A DNA stretch of 53,390 bases, counting the filler, from Bipalium vagum (taxonomy: Eukaryota), in NCBI GenBank assembly GCA_037834085.1. It is 3 parts of 3 records of this genome, joined end to end, with 100 filler letters (N's around TTAATTAATTAA, not from the genome) between each part and the next. Parts side by side here need not be neighbours in the genome. Positions count along the whole stretch, not along the records: positions 35,744 to 53,390 come from JBBMKC010057678.1; 2 more parts are not named here. The stretch is one strand, 5' to 3'. Within the stretch, counting starts at the first letter, position 1. Every line of letters begins with the position of its first letter. The translations under genes and the position numbers were made by a program. Below, one piece after another: positions 50,700 to 53,390 of this stretch. The notes under the pieces are model-generated. The model saw only the letters and a program-made list of their open reading frames with translations. It had not been told where the DNA came from and searched no databases.

Positions 50700-51690
50700 T
50701 ACTGGGTTGTGTAAAATCTTTTCATTGTGTTGTATTGACTTAAATAAGAAAAATATTGAGTCTAAATCATTTAAAACATAATAAATATGTTTGTTTCAAT
50801 ACTTAATCTAGTGCGCTCATTGTAAGTACGTTATTCAATAAAAATTATTCCTATGAGTTGAAATTATAAAAAAAAACATGATAGACAATAATCAATATTT
50901 TCGTTGCTTGATCTTATCTAATTTTAGTAAAAAAATCTAATGCAGAGAAAAAAGAAAATTTGAGAAGTGCATGGGGAAAATGAGTATGAGTGCACGTATA
51001 TGACCTCACTGATTTTTAAAAGTTCGGGCCAGTGTGAAGAGAGTGAACGCTCAGGGAGAACATTGTTGGCAGAGTGAAGGTTTGTTTATCGAAAGTTTAA
51101 TTAAGGAAAATCCATATTATACAACACATGAAATTACTGGTATTATCATTTTCTCTAAAATGTCAATTTCAAGCTATTTGTTTAAGATGAATCGCGACGC
51201 GATACTTGGTACCACACCATAAAAATGAAAAATAGTAATCGATTGAAAATAAATATGAAATTTATTGCTCTGGCGAAATTAGGAAAGTCCATTTCTCAAA
51301 AGAATTATTACGAAAGACGAAAAATAAATTTTATATAATAATGTCCAGTACAAAAGATGTTTGGGAAAACGTGTTGCACATCCAAAACCACAGTATTAAA
51401 TAAATTTCACTCAAAAAGGTATTACTGTTTATTTGGTGGGACTGGAACGGAATTTTATAAATTGTGTTGATTAAACAAAATGAAAAAATCATTTCCGATA
51501 AAAACTGAACTCACCTTGATAATTTGAAGTCAGAAATTGAAGAAAAGCGATCAGGACTGAGAAATTAAAATGATGTAACCTTTCAACAAAATAACACGAG
51601 ACCACATGTTTCTTTAAAGACCAAACAAAAGATATTTCAACTTGGCTGAAATGTTTTATCCACCCTACTTATTCACTGAAATTAGACATA
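50700..51690 (+). mobile_element. Decayed near-full-length mariner
   Basis: TIR-like tactgggttgtgtaaaa; LIKENPYYTTHEI, PFLKRIITKDEK*ILYNN, VLLFIWWDWNGI and FQQNNTRPHVS. Confidence 0.9.
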
Positions 51691-52079
51691 ACTAACCAAA
51701 TTTTTAATCAGTAAAATAATCTCCATAATATTCAAATTGTACCTCTTAGAAAGATTTATTAAAAATTTATCACAGAACTTCGCAGATATTTTGGATATTG
51801 ATTGGTTATGACTTTGTAGTCCCCAAATGTTTGGAAATTTTTACAATTATTAGTGGGATCTGAATAAATAGAAATTAGAAGGTACTACGACGGATAAATA
51901 TGACGATTGTCTTATTATCTTAGCTTAAGGTCTATCACCTGTATTATCAAGAATTGAAAATAAAGGTTGCTTATCATCGATTGCAGAATTTTGTACATTA
52001 ACTACCAGGCCAATTATTATAATTATTTAAATTTCAGTTGAAACTAATCATTTGTGAATTCGCAATGTGGAACTATTAT

Positions 52080-52500
52080 TGATAAGTGAGGCACCCGTCT
52101 CATTCATATTCTAATGAACTCAAAATTTGTGTTCCATTTCCCAGGAAATGCAGAACGCTGTTTTCTTTCAAAGGAGTCAACTTTAACAGTGGTGAGGCTC
52201 ATTTCATTTTTGTCAAGATATTGCTTGTTGCATATTATTAAATATAATCCATTTTTCATCAACTGTAATTGTGCTCTTATTAACAGATTTGCAACTCAAA
52301 AATAATGAGTTGCGTAATAATATGAGTCATTAATTACATGTACGTCAATGCAGGGTGAATTCAAACGTCATAAAAATGATGTAATCAATGTCCAACATTC
52401 ACGTGATATTTGTACTTTCAGTAAAATGGAAATCATTTCAAAACATTGAATGAATTGAAATGTCAAGGAAAACAAACTTAAAAACCCTAGTGTAACAATT
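52080..52500 (-). mobile_element. Mariner internal fragment
   Basis: ITVDEKWIIFNN and KKTAFCISWE motifs. The listed plus-strand ORF 52114-52305 is antisense. Confidence 0.75.
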
Positions 52501-52539
52501 TTCGTCTTTATACTGTTTATTCCTTTGCAATTAAAAAGA

Positions 52540-53390
52540 AATGAATTTAAAGATTTTCAAGAGATTTTTATTTCAGGTGAAGAAGTGATAAATAAAATTA
52601 ACGAGATTCACACGCTATTGATCCACACAGAATCAGAAAAAGTTGAATACTATATGAAAGATATACAAAATGAAAAACATGGGACAAATGATCCAGTAGG
52701 TAGTGCATCATACGAGGCTTGTCAAACAGATAAAACGCAAACCATCAGGACAAAGAAGGAGATCATAAAATTAGACGCAACCGAACTATTTGCTGATATA
52801 TAAGTCGATATAGGCGGGCCCAAGACAGATACAAGAGGTCAAAGGAAATAAATACTTGGTATAATTGATCAGTTTAGCAAATATGTATCGTTAACATCAA
52901 TAAATAGACAAGATGAGATGGGAGGACGATACTAAATAAATGGATAATGCGATTTGGATGTCCAGATCGAGTACATGAGGATTGCAGAAGAGTTTTTGAT
53001 TCAAAGTTTATGAGAGAAACTAATAAACTAAATATTGAATTATGTTATTCAAGTCCTTATCATTACTGCAATAATGGTCAAATAGAAAGGCAATTCCGCA
53101 CAATGAAAGATTTTATTAATGCTACCTTGCATGAGAGACACAAGATTAGACAGAAATCTTGCTAGAAGTAGAGTTTGCAATAAATGCCACTTTACAAAAG
53201 ACGATTAACAAGAGCCCGGCGGAAGTGGTCTTTGGGAAAAAAATATTCAGAGAGAATTATTATGGAGTAACAAATCCCCAAGTGGAAAGAGGACAGTTAC
53301 CAACTGCAGCTATAAGACGAAGTTTCAAAGAAGGTGAAGAAGTGTTGGTTAAGGCAGAGATACGGGATAAAAACCAAGAGCGGTTCGAGG
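52540..53390 (+). mobile_element. Ty3/Gypsy LTR retrotransposon integrase, decayed, runs off the window
   Basis: Degenerate HHCC (H..L.H...EACQTDK), VDIGGP, IIDQFSKYV, WIMRFGCPDRVHED, SSPYH..NNGQIERQFRT, FAINAT, SPAEVVFGK and FKEGEEVLVK. Confidence 0.93.

Noticed and set aside
1-53390. CRISPR arrays, operons or prokaryotic defence systems
   Set aside because: No repeat-spacer arrays seen, and the genes are spliceosomal eukaryotic genes.

Overview
Very AT-rich eukaryotic nuclear DNA, inferred to be animal. The 41-50 nt mini-introns, dense mariner/Tc1 debris, (ATT)n tracts and motile-cilia gene fit a flatworm such as a planarian, but this is not proven. The window is three contigs joined by 100-nt artificial spacers (44 N + TTAATTAATTAA + 44 N) at 17431-17530 and 35644-35743. 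Three host genes are supported. (1) A radial spoke head RSPH4/6-family gene on the minus strand, 5 exons resolved (5798->2186), final exon not found. (2) A divergent SAPS-domain / PP6 regulatory subunit gene on the minus strand, 8 phase-consistent exons (32261->19264) mostly invisible to the ORF track, possibly continuing across the first gap. (3) An intronless DEG/ENaC/ASIC-family channel on the plus strand (43300-45069). A possible small secreted-protein gene with short exons lies at 48020->45629 and a tRNA-Ala-derived Pol III element at 41440-41511. The rest is mostly decayed DNA transposons (mariner, Tc1/IS630-like, Chapaev3-like, hAT) and a Gypsy integrase at the right edge. The most unusual element is a decayed plus-strand frame at about 33250-34650. 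It encodes an AT-hook-like motif, an unrecognised domain, a linker, an internal signal peptide and what looks like the N-terminus of a chuvirus-type glycoprotein, cut off by a hAT fragment. All family calls come from motif recognition by eye; no database search was run.
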